A stretch of DNA of 24,000 nucleotides, from NCBI RefSeq assembly GCF_021513155.1, contig NZ_CP090983.1, forward strand, positions 1,984,265-2,008,264. Reading direction: 5' to 3'. The stretch's first letter is position 1; every line of letters begins with the position of its first letter. Made by a program: the position numbers and the translations under genes. The notes below the pieces were generated by a model. It did not search any database and had not been told where the DNA came from. It worked only from the letters and a program-made list of their open reading frames with translations. The stretch comes from Jeotgalibaca sp. MA1X17-3 (lineage in GTDB: Bacteria; Bacillota; Bacilli; Lactobacillales; Aerococcaceae). Of the stretch, positions 15,274-23,444 are shown piece after piece.

Positions 15274-16355
15274 TCCGTCACCCCCTGTAGGTTCCTCGTC
15301 CCATCAGCGGTAAATACATTAATTTTTTGCGTATTAATATTCAAATAAATTTCATCACCTGGGTTAAGATTGACATGGAAGGTTGATTCTTCACTAAATT
15401 GAACTCGTTCTCCAGAATCCAAATGTAAATAGTACTCGGTATTTTGCCCTAAATAAATACTGTCCAAAATTTCTGCATGAATATCACCTTTTTCATGTAC
15501 ACGGACAAATTCTTCTGGACGAATACTGATACGAATATCTTGTTCTGGCTCATCCTTTAACGCTGGGAAAGGAATTTTATATCCAGTTGGTAGTTGAAGA
15601 TGCGTCACACCATTTTCTTTTACTAACTTTCCATCCAACATATTCGTACGACCAATAAAAGTCGCTACAAATTCATTGCTTGGACGATGGTATAACTCTT
15701 TCGGATTTCCAATTTGTTGAATTTCGCCTTTAAGCATTACAGCTATTTTATCGGAAATAGCCATTGCTTCTTCCTGGTCATGGGTTACATAAACAGTAGT
15801 GATACCAACTTCTCTTTGGATTTCGCGAATAGCTTGTCGCATTTCTACACGCAACTTTGCATCCAAATTACTCAGCGGTTCATCCATTAACAAAACATCT
15901 GGATTAATAGCTAATGCTCTTGCAAGAGCAACCCGTTGTTGCTGACCTCCACTAAGTTTATCTGGTTTTCGATCTTGATATTCATCAATTTGCATTAATT
16001 GTAAATACTTGTCTGCATTGATTTTAATACTATCTTTAGATAATTTTCGTTGTTTTAATCCAAATTCAACATTATCTCGAACGGTTAGATGTGGGAAAAT
16101 AGCATAGTTTTGAAAAACCATTCCAATATTTCGTTTACTGGGATCTTTATCATTAATTCTGGTTTCATTGAAATAAAAATCTCCACCTTCTATGGTGTTA
16201 AACCCTGCTATCATACGCAGCAGGGTTGTTTTTCCACATCCAGATGGTCCCAAAAGAGTAAAAAGAGTTCCATCTGGGATTGTAACAGATAAATCAGCAA
16301 TAACTGGTTGGCCGTAATATTCTTTTCGGGCATGTTTAATGATAATTTCACTCAT
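15270..16355 (-). CDS. ABC importer ATP-binding protein (AfuC/FbpC/PotA type with C-terminal regulatory/TOBE-like domain)
   Basis: Walker A GPSGCGKT, signature LSGGQQQR, Walker B LLMDEPLS, H-loop VTHD. Confidence 0.92.
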   Translation of the reverse strand: MSEIIIKHARKEYYGQPVIADLSVTIPDGTLFTLLGPSGCGKTTLLRMIAGFNTIEGGDFYFNETRINDKDPSKRNIGMVFQNYAIFPHLTVRDNVEFGLKQRKLSKDSIKINADKYLQLMQIDEYQDRKPDKLSGGQQQRVALARALAINPDVLLMDEPLSNLDAKLRVEMRQAIREIQREVGITTVYVTHDQEEAMAISDKIAVMLKGEIQQIGNPKELYHRPSNEFVATFIGRTNMLDGKLVKENGVTHLQLPTGYKIPFPALKDEPEQDIRISIRPEEFVRVHEKGDIHAEILDSIYLGQNTEYYLHLDSGERVQFSEESTFHVNLNPGDEIYLNINTQKINVFTADGTRNLQGVTE

Positions 16356-16370
16356 ATGACTACCACCTAC

Positions 16371-17423
16371 CTATCTATTGGATTCGATGTCTACAAAAAC
16401 ATCCGTGTAGTGATCTACAATTTTTTGTTTATTTTCAATCACATAGTCCATATCTTCTTCCAGTATCTTAATATCATCTAATGGTTTCATATTTTCACTC
16501 GTTTCAGCATCTTTACGTACCGGTCTATTCGTCGTTGTTGTTCCCAATACATTTTGGATATCTTCAGAAATAACAAAATCAACAAATAATTTAGCATTTT
16601 CCATATTCTCAGCATCCTTGATAACAGCAATGCTTGCTGGTAAGAACACGGTTCCTTCTTCTGGATACACAATTTCTACATTTGCCCCATCATTTAACAG
16701 CTTAACTGTTGGATCTTCATAAGAAAGACCTACTGTCATTTCTCCATCCGCTACTGTTTTGTAAACATTACTGGAGCTTGAACTAATTTTTCCATCAACT
16801 AAAGTGAAAACGTCTTTTACATAATCCCAGGCTTCGTCACTCTCATATCCACCTTTTGCAGCTAACATATTCGTTAGTTGTGCAAATGCACTCGAGGAAT
16901 TTGCTGGATCAGCCGTAGCAATCTTTCCTTTTAATTCAGGATTCAACAAGTCTTCATAACTTTTAATTTCAATATCTCCAATTAAATCTGGGTTTACGAC
17001 AATCACACTACCATCAATCGTATATGGTGTGTAAAAACCAGTTGTATTTTGATATTCAGTTACTAACGCATCGTTCTCTTCAGGAGTATATTCTTCAAAT
17101 AATTCTGTACTTTGTGCATATTGAGAATACGCACCTCCAAAAATAATATCTGCTATAGGAGCATTTTTTTCACTTTCTAATTTTGTAAACAGTTCGCCTG
17201 TTCCTGCTTGGATTAATTCTACTTTAATATCATATTTTTCTTCAAAAGCAGGAATCGTTGCATTTATTAAGCCTTCTGAGTTTGGAGAATAAACGACAAG
17301 TGTACTCGATCCAGCAGTAGTATTACCCGTTGAATCTGTATTTGCTTCGTCACCATTCCCACATGCGCCTAAAAATAATAACGTTAATGCTGCAGTCGAC
17401 AAAACTTTTCTTATTTTACTCAT
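16371..17423 (-). CDS. Lipoprotein ABC substrate-binding protein (AfuA/FbpA family)
   Basis: Signal peptide with lipobox LGAC. About 330-aa mature protein of the Fe3+/thiamine/sugar-phosphate SBP class. AAGGGGGA RBS. Confidence 0.85.
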   Translation of the reverse strand: MSKIRKVLSTAALTLLFLGACGNGDEANTDSTGNTTAGSSTLVVYSPNSEGLINATIPAFEEKYDIKVELIQAGTGELFTKLESEKNAPIADIIFGGAYSQYAQSTELFEEYTPEENDALVTEYQNTTGFYTPYTIDGSVIVVNPDLIGDIEIKSYEDLLNPELKGKIATADPANSSSAFAQLTNMLAAKGGYESDEAWDYVKDVFTLVDGKISSSSSNVYKTVADGEMTVGLSYEDPTVKLLNDGANVEIVYPEEGTVFLPASIAVIKDAENMENAKLFVDFVISEDIQNVLGTTTTNRPVRKDAETSENMKPLDDIKILEEDMDYVIENKQKIVDHYTDVFVDIESNR

Positions 17424-17509
17424 TTAAAATTCCCCCTTACTATTTTCTCTATCTTACCAACAATGACAGCGCATACATATCCGAAAAACAAACATTTTAG
17501 GAGAAAATC

Positions 17510-17872
17510 CTACATTTGAGAAAGATTCATAAATTCACTAGCACTCATATTAATATATTTTTTAAAAACTTGATTAAAATATTTGTAGTCGTTGAAACCA
17601 CACTGGGTTGCTACTTCATACAACTTCACTTCTTTATTTTTTAACAATTCAATCGATTTTTGGATCCGATATCGGTTTACATAATCATTAAATGTAAGGT
17701 GCATGTATTCTTTAAAACGATTGTGCAACAAGGTCGGACTATATCCAATTGTCTGAGCTACATCTTGAAAAATAAATCGTTTGTCATAATTTTGTTCAAC
17801 GTAGTGGATCATCTGTTGAATGACACCATCTTGAATAGAAGTAATATGTCTACCAATTAATTCAGGGTTCAT
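17510..17872 (-). CDS. AraC-type HTH DNA-binding domain, encoded as a separate ORF (C-terminal half of a YesN/HptR-type response regulator)
   Basis: 120 aa with two AraC HTH units (...VAQTIGYSPTLLHNRFKEY... and ...VATQCGFNDYKYFNQVFKKY...). No SD precedes its ATG. The ATG overlaps the receiver ORF stop (ATGA). Confidence 0.8.
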   Translation of the reverse strand: MNPELIGRHITSIQDGVIQQMIHYVEQNYDKRFIFQDVAQTIGYSPTLLHNRFKEYMHLTFNDYVNRYRIQKSIELLKNKEVKLYEVATQCGFNDYKYFNQVFKKYINMSASEFMNLSQM

Positions 17873-18282
17873 TTGCGCTTCTGTCTTTTCTTTTTTTCTG
17901 TGAAGTGTTGATTGATTTCACATTGTTGCTGGGCTCTTTGGAGAGCTTTTTCAAATTGTTCTGATTCAATCGGCTTTACAATAAACTCACTTACCCCATA
18001 TTGTATGGCTTTTTGAGCATTAACAAATTCATCATATCCTGAAACAATAATAGCACTGTATGGAAATTCCATTGTTTCTTCAAACATTTGAAAGGCATTT
18101 TTGATTGGCATATTAATGTCGGTAATGACAATATCAGGTTGCAATTCTTTAATCTTTTGAATGCCTTCCTGTCCATTAGATGCTTCTCCTACAACTACAC
18201 AATCCCATTTTTCATAGTTAAATCCATATATCATTCCTTTGCGAATAATGTACTCATCTTCCACAATTAATACCCGATACAT
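17869..18282 (-). CDS. Response-regulator receiver domain (N-terminal half of a YesN/HptR-type regulator)
   Basis: 137 aa. Acidic pocket VEDE, phospho-acceptor Asp in IVITDINMP, conserved Lys in FIVKP. GGAG lies 10 nt upstream of the ATG. Confidence 0.88.
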   Translation of the reverse strand: MYRVLIVEDEYIIRKGMIYGFNYEKWDCVVVGEASNGQEGIQKIKELQPDIVITDINMPIKNAFQMFEETMEFPYSAIIVSGYDEFVNAQKAIQYGVSEFIVKPIESEQFEKALQRAQQQCEINQHFTEKKKRQKRK

Positions 18283-18287
18283 AATAG

Positions 18288-19940
18288 CTACACTCCTATC
18301 CTAATCTCTACAATAGTATATTGATTTTGTTTTATCAGATTAAATTTTGTTTTTGGGTACATAAGTTGAATACGCTTCTTACTATTAATTAATCCATGGT
18401 GATTACCCATGGGAATATTATTTTGAAGGTTATCATTGATTTGGAAACTTTTTTCCCTCGTCAAATTATCTCCATTATCCTTTACTTGAATCAAGAAAAT
18501 TCGATCAGTTTCTTTTTTTCCTGAAATCGTAATGTGTAAATCAGTACGTTTTTGAAAGCCGTATTTCAGACTATTTTCAATGAGTGGCATTAAAAATAAT
18601 TTGGGAACAAAAATTTGTTCACACTCCGTATCTAAATCTATTTTATAATCAAAATGCTCAAATCTAGCTTTATTTATTTCGAGATACTCTTCAATAAAAA
18701 CAATATCATTTAATAATTTCACTTCTGGATTTTCTTCGTTGATACTATAACGTAATATTTTATTCAGTCGGATAATTAGTTGATTAGCCAAATCTTTGTC
18801 GAAATAAAGCGAAGCACGAATGACTTCCAATGTATTGTAAAGAAAATGTGGGTTGAATTGTGCTTCTAGTTTTTTTCTTTCCGCTAACAAATTAGCTTGC
18901 AGTAGTGAAATGTTGTTGTGATGCACGGAGGAAAGTTCTTCCAACATCAGATTGATACGTCTTGATACGATTTCAAATTCGTCCTTTGTATGAATATTTA
19001 GACGATGCGTGGGATCTTTTCTAATAATTTTCATTTCATTAATTAATTTTTCTAAGGATTTTGCATTTCGTAAAGAAATTCTTTTCGAAAATAAAAAGGC
19101 AAATCCAAGCATCATACTAGCAATTAATAGTACAATCATTGTACTAATGGTTAAGAAATACGGATACATCAAACTTTTTTGATAAACCGTTAGCGTAAGA
19201 GCCGGTGTGAGGGATGTCGTTTGTGAATAGAATAAATCATTTCTGTATTTAAATTGATTTTCAAACAAGGTGCTCTCTACTCTTCCAAGAGTTCCCGTAA
19301 TGAAATCAGAAGAGCTGGAGGATAAAACATTATCAAATTTATCAGAAATAACATATTGGCTTTGCGTTTGGTTGAGGTTCGATCGAATTTCCTTACCATT
19401 AATAATAGTCACAGCATATCCTTTGGGAACAAATAAATTCCGGATAGGTGTGGTTAAAATTAAGTAGTGTTCCTTGTCATTGTCCATAAAAATTTTTTGA
19501 GTAGAATCCATATGTTCTTCTTTCATTTTTTCTGTTATAACCGACAGGAAATTCATAAATATCCCGGAATCGTCCCAATATGGATTACTGCTGAATTCAA
19601 GTTGCATATTTTGATTTACAATCATTAATTCACTTTTTAGTTCATTTTTAGAATTAAATGCATAAAAATTAGAATATATGGTAGGATCATTGCTTTTACC
19701 ATTTAAATAATCTAGATAAATCGTTTCTGCATTATCTTCCATTCGTTTTTCATATTCTTGAAGATTCTCTGTAAACAGTTGTTGAATGTTACTCTCCGTA
19801 TGATTGAGTTGCATGCGTGTCGTTGTAGTATTTAGCCAATAAAGAATCACACTTAGAATAATAGTAACTAATATAGTCATACCAAATGAATACATAAGGA
19901 TTTCCTTTTGTAATTTTTTTTGAAATGGTATTTTTTGCAT
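18288..19940 (-). CDS. Sensor histidine kinase, YesM/HptS type
   Basis: Two TM segments flank an ~220-aa extracytoplasmic domain, followed by a HAMP-like linker. The FNPHFLYNTLEVI H-box matches the LytS/YesM-type His_kinase domain, and a C-terminal ATPase domain follows. Start set at ATG 19940 (GGGAGGG 6 nt upstream) rather than TTG 19946. Confidence 0.88.
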   Translation of the reverse strand: MQKIPFQKKLQKEILMYSFGMTILVTIILSVILYWLNTTTTRMQLNHTESNIQQLFTENLQEYEKRMEDNAETIYLDYLNGKSNDPTIYSNFYAFNSKNELKSELMIVNQNMQLEFSSNPYWDDSGIFMNFLSVITEKMKEEHMDSTQKIFMDNDKEHYLILTTPIRNLFVPKGYAVTIINGKEIRSNLNQTQSQYVISDKFDNVLSSSSSDFITGTLGRVESTLFENQFKYRNDLFYSQTTSLTPALTLTVYQKSLMYPYFLTISTMIVLLIASMMLGFAFLFSKRISLRNAKSLEKLINEMKIIRKDPTHRLNIHTKDEFEIVSRRINLMLEELSSVHHNNISLLQANLLAERKKLEAQFNPHFLYNTLEVIRASLYFDKDLANQLIIRLNKILRYSINEENPEVKLLNDIVFIEEYLEINKARFEHFDYKIDLDTECEQIFVPKLFLMPLIENSLKYGFQKRTDLHITISGKKETDRIFLIQVKDNGDNLTREKSFQINDNLQNNIPMGNHHGLINSKKRIQLMYPKTKFNLIKQNQYTIVEIRIGV

Positions 19941-20047
19941 CAACAACCCTCCCTTCCACTCACTTTTGGAGCGCTTACACTTTATTGTTACTTTTAGTTT
20001 AGCAGAATTATGGTGTTAAATCACTATACGTTTACCAGTACAAAAAT

Positions 20048-20665
20048 TTATATTTGTGATTTTTTGGAATTTGTTTTTCTCTTTTTAAAATAATACTCCT
20101 CATCATGCTGGTTTACTTTTCGAAGAATACGACATGGATTTCCTACTGCTACTACATTGTCCGGTAAATTTTTGGTTACTACGCTTCCAGCACCCACTAC
20201 GACATTTTCTCCGATCGTGATACCCGGAAGAATGATTGCTCCGGCACCGATCCAGCAATTTTTACCAATATGCACAGCTGCATTATACTGGTATGCTTTC
20301 TCACGAAGGTCTGGCAGGATTGGATGCCCGGCAGTAGCAACTACGACATTTGGGCCAAACATTGTATAATCTCCTACATAAATGTGTGTATCATCAACTA
20401 GTGTTAGATTAAAATTTGCATAAATATGTTTTCCAAAATGGACATGTTTCCCACCAAAATTGGAATGAAACGGCGGTTCAATATAGCAGCCTTCTCCAAT
20501 TTCTGCAAACATTTCTTTTAACATCTGTTGTCTTTTATCTTGTTCAGCTGGACGAGTTTGGTTGAAATCGTAAAGGCGGTCCAAGTGCTGTAGTTGTTTT
20601 TTCATTAATTCTTCGTCATTCGGTAAGTATAAATCGCCAGTATGCATTTTTTCTTCGTGATTCAT
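20048..20665 (-). CDS. maa: Maltose/galactoside O-acetyltransferase (hexapeptide-repeat family)
   Basis: 205 aa. N-terminal Mac domain (MHTGDLYLPNDEEL...) followed by left-handed beta-helix hexapeptide repeats (...IGKNCWIGAGAIILPGITIGENVVVGAGSVV...). Confidence 0.88.
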   Translation of the reverse strand: MNHEEKMHTGDLYLPNDEELMKKQLQHLDRLYDFNQTRPAEQDKRQQMLKEMFAEIGEGCYIEPPFHSNFGGKHVHFGKHIYANFNLTLVDDTHIYVGDYTMFGPNVVVATAGHPILPDLREKAYQYNAAVHIGKNCWIGAGAIILPGITIGENVVVGAGSVVTKNLPDNVVAVGNPCRILRKVNQHDEEYYFKKRKTNSKKSQI

Positions 20666-20749
20666 GTAAAGGTACCTCCATTTTTTTGTTTTATACTTTT
20701 ATGATACTACTAATGGGATGAGAATGGATAATTTGTGGAGTGCGTTGGT

Positions 20750-20831
20750 AATTTTTTGGTTATACTTGATGTGTATATGGCTTTGCGCATCAACTGAGAT
20801 AACTTTCCAACTGCTACTTGATGCGCATCAA
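20750..20831. repeat. Second locus of the TACTTGATG hairpin repeat family
   Basis: T-run plus TACTTGATGTGTA-loop-TGCGCATCAA hairpin (20763-20793), and a loop-less copy forming the perfect 14-bp palindrome TTGATGCGCATCAA (20818-20831). Confidence 0.75.
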
Positions 20832-20850
20832 ACTAAACCCTACATACACA

Positions 20851-20878
20851 AAAAACAGAGGGGGAGCCCTCTGTTTTC
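20851..20878 (-). terminator. Rho-independent terminator of the DUF975 gene (bidirectional in form)
   Basis: ACAGAGGG-GGAG-CCCTCTGT hairpin flanked by A5 and T4. It directly abuts the stop codon at 20879. Confidence 0.7.
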
Positions 20879-21490
20879 TTATTCATTACGCTCAGATAGA
20901 TAGACATAATACTGTGTCCAGGTTGCATTTTGATAAGGGACGGCATATAAACCGACTAAACCGAATGTTAACGCACTGGCAATATTCCATAAGACAAAAG
21001 AAAAGTCCATAATGAATAAATCTATTTTATATCCGTACGTCATATCTTGACTTAATTTGATAGCATCTGCAATTCCTATCTCAGGGTCATCTGCTAGGAT
21101 ATAGGGAACCATCGAGTAGGCATACCCTTTAACAACTCCAGGGATGATAAATAAGAACGTCCATAGAACTGTATAAATACCAACGATAATCATAGCAGCA
21201 ATATCGCGAACCCATTGTGCGTTTCGGAATAGACTATCGGTAGCATTTTGGTAGACACCATCGGTTAAATCAATAGCGACTCTTGTTAAAGGAACCGTTA
21301 GAATCAATTGTAAGAGATTTAACCAGCGAACACGAATATCAAAAAAGGAAACTGGATCAAATTCGGATGATACTTGGCTTTGAGAATTTGCATAAGATAA
21401 AATAATGGTAATGATTCCTACTAATAACCAGGGGATGTAATTGCGTCGAACGATTTCTTTAGCATTTTGTTTAAGATGGACCCTATTCAT
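20879..21490 (-). CDS. DUF975-family integral membrane protein
   Basis: 203 aa. N-terminus MNRVHLKQNAKEIVRRNYIPW... followed by several hydrophobic segments, as in DUF975 proteins of Firmicutes. Confidence 0.7.
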   Translation of the reverse strand: MNRVHLKQNAKEIVRRNYIPWLLVGIITIILSYANSQSQVSSEFDPVSFFDIRVRWLNLLQLILTVPLTRVAIDLTDGVYQNATDSLFRNAQWVRDIAAMIIVGIYTVLWTFLFIIPGVVKGYAYSMVPYILADDPEIGIADAIKLSQDMTYGYKIDLFIMDFSFVLWNIASALTFGLVGLYAVPYQNATWTQYYVYLSERNE

Positions 21491-21550
21491 TTTTTCACTC
21501 CTTTTATCTTTCCTCTTATTGTAGCAAATTATATATGATTTTTATATACC

Positions 21551-21592
21551 AAAAAAGCACTACAAGGGCTCAGCCTTGTAGTGCTTTACTTT
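21551..21592 (-). terminator. Rho-independent terminator of ald
   Basis: Perfect 12-bp stem AGCACTACAAGG / CCTTGTAGTGCT with a 6-nt loop and a T6 run on the minus-strand transcript. Confidence 0.8.
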
Positions 21593-21600
21593 ATACGAGT

Positions 21601-22713
21601 TTAGATTAAATCATTAATGTCTGCGTAGTCTAATCCAAGTGATTCAGCTACACCTTCATTAGTAACTTTATTTTTGTACGTATTGAAACCTGTTAGGATT
21701 GTATCGTCTCCTTCAGATGCTTCCAAAATACCCTTGTTCGCAATTTTCACTGCATATGGCAAGGTTGAATTTGTTAAAGCAATCGTAGAAGTTCTTGCTA
21801 CGGCACCAGGCATATTTGGTACTGCATAATGCAATACGCCATGTTTTAAGTAAACAGGATCATCATGAGTCGTTGTGTGGTCTTCTGTTTCAAAGATTCC
21901 ACCTTGGTCTACTGCGATATCAACGATAACAGAACCAGCTTCCATTCCTTTTACCATTTCTTCCGTTACAAGAGTTGGAGCTTTACGTCCAGGAATAAGT
22001 ACCGCACCAATTACGATATCTGCATCTTGAATTGCGTTAGCAATATTTACTTCGTTAGACATCAACGTAATAACTTCATTACCGTATAATTCTTCAATTT
22101 CGATTAAAACTTCTGGTTTTACGTCTAGAACAGTTACGTGAGCACCTAAACCAAGTGCAATTTGTAATGCGTTTCTTCCAGAAACTCCGCCACCGATAAT
22201 AACAACTTTTCCATTTTTAACTCCAGGTACTCCACCAACTAAGACACCTTTACCGCCATATTGGTGTTCAAGGAAATGTGCACCAATTTGTACAGATAAA
22301 CGTCCAGCAATTGCACTCATTGGGTTTAGCATTGGTAAGTCGCCGGTTTCTCCAACCATTGTTTCATAACCAATTGCTGTTACACCAGAATCAACTAATG
22401 CTTTTGTTAGTTCAGGTTCGTTTGCTAAGTGCAAGTATGTGAAGAGGATTAATCCTTCACGGAAAAACTTGAATTCTTGTTCCAGTGGTTCTTTTACTTT
22501 AATGACCATATCTGCAGACCATACTTTTTCAGCAGATGGTTCCATTGTTGCACCTGCTTCTATATATGCGCTATCTTCAAAGCCAGCATCTGTTCCTGCG
22601 TTCGTTTCAACCATAACATCATGGCCATTTTGAACCAGTAACTCTACTCCTAATGGTGTAATTCCTACACGACTTTCATTATTTTTAACTTCTTTTGGTA
22701 TACCAATTAACAT
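21601..22713 (-). CDS. ald: Alanine dehydrogenase
   Basis: MLIGIPKEVKNNESRVGITP N-terminus and the NAD-binding VVIIGGGVSG motif. Start set at ATG 22713 (GGAGG 7 nt upstream), not the ORF-track TTG 22740. Confidence 0.93.
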   Translation of the reverse strand: MLIGIPKEVKNNESRVGITPLGVELLVQNGHDVMVETNAGTDAGFEDSAYIEAGATMEPSAEKVWSADMVIKVKEPLEQEFKFFREGLILFTYLHLANEPELTKALVDSGVTAIGYETMVGETGDLPMLNPMSAIAGRLSVQIGAHFLEHQYGGKGVLVGGVPGVKNGKVVIIGGGVSGRNALQIALGLGAHVTVLDVKPEVLIEIEELYGNEVITLMSNEVNIANAIQDADIVIGAVLIPGRKAPTLVTEEMVKGMEAGSVIVDIAVDQGGIFETEDHTTTHDDPVYLKHGVLHYAVPNMPGAVARTSTIALTNSTLPYAVKIANKGILEASEGDDTILTGFNTYKNKVTNEGVAESLGLDYADINDLI

Positions 22714-23444
22714 AAATTTTCCTCCGATTTTTGTTTTCAACTATCCAATTAGCAAATCATTCTGATTTTTCTTTGCAAACACGCTTTGTTCAAAATAAGT
22801 ATTTTATCAAGTGGCTGCATCCAGACGTCCCGTCGATCTAGTATTCGAAACTTTTACGTCTTATTGCTTGTCCTGGATAACCTAATCATTTTGTACCACA
22901 ACACTGCTTTACTCATTCTGGATATTTAATATTGATTCAAAAAATTACATGCTTATTCGCAAGTCATTGCATCGGATAATTGTGAATTTAATAACTTTAC
23001 TTTAATACTATACCATCTTTTGGAAAAAACTCAAAAAATAACCCCTGTTTTTCATTGTTTTTTATCAATAAAAAAGTATATTGATACATATTTATACAAT
23101 ATTTGTCCTTTTCAAAGACGCTTCCATCCTTAGTGTTTACCAATTCCCTATATACTATTAATTTATTATCTTATTTTTCCAAAAATGATGCGAGTGCCTA
23201 CTATTACAACAGTCACGGTCTCTATTCATCAATCAAAAATCAAAAGATAGAAGCTAAATATCCTTTCAGTCACACTATTTTCACCTATAAAATTGATAAC
23301 CATTCCTACACTCAAATAATAATGTTGTTTATTTTAATAATTTATCATAAAACACTTAGATTGTAGGAGCTCTAGTCTAGTAAGACTAAAAAATATAAGA
23401 TAAACAGAATAAAACTGTTTACCTTATACTTAAAGTATCTTAAT

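Noticed and set aside
23103-23366. 87-aa plus-strand ORF in the ald upstream region
   Set aside because: It has a TTG start without an SD and an AT-driven composition rich in Tyr, Ser, Asn and Ile. I recognise no motif, and all other frames in the region are riddled with stops. It is probably non-coding.
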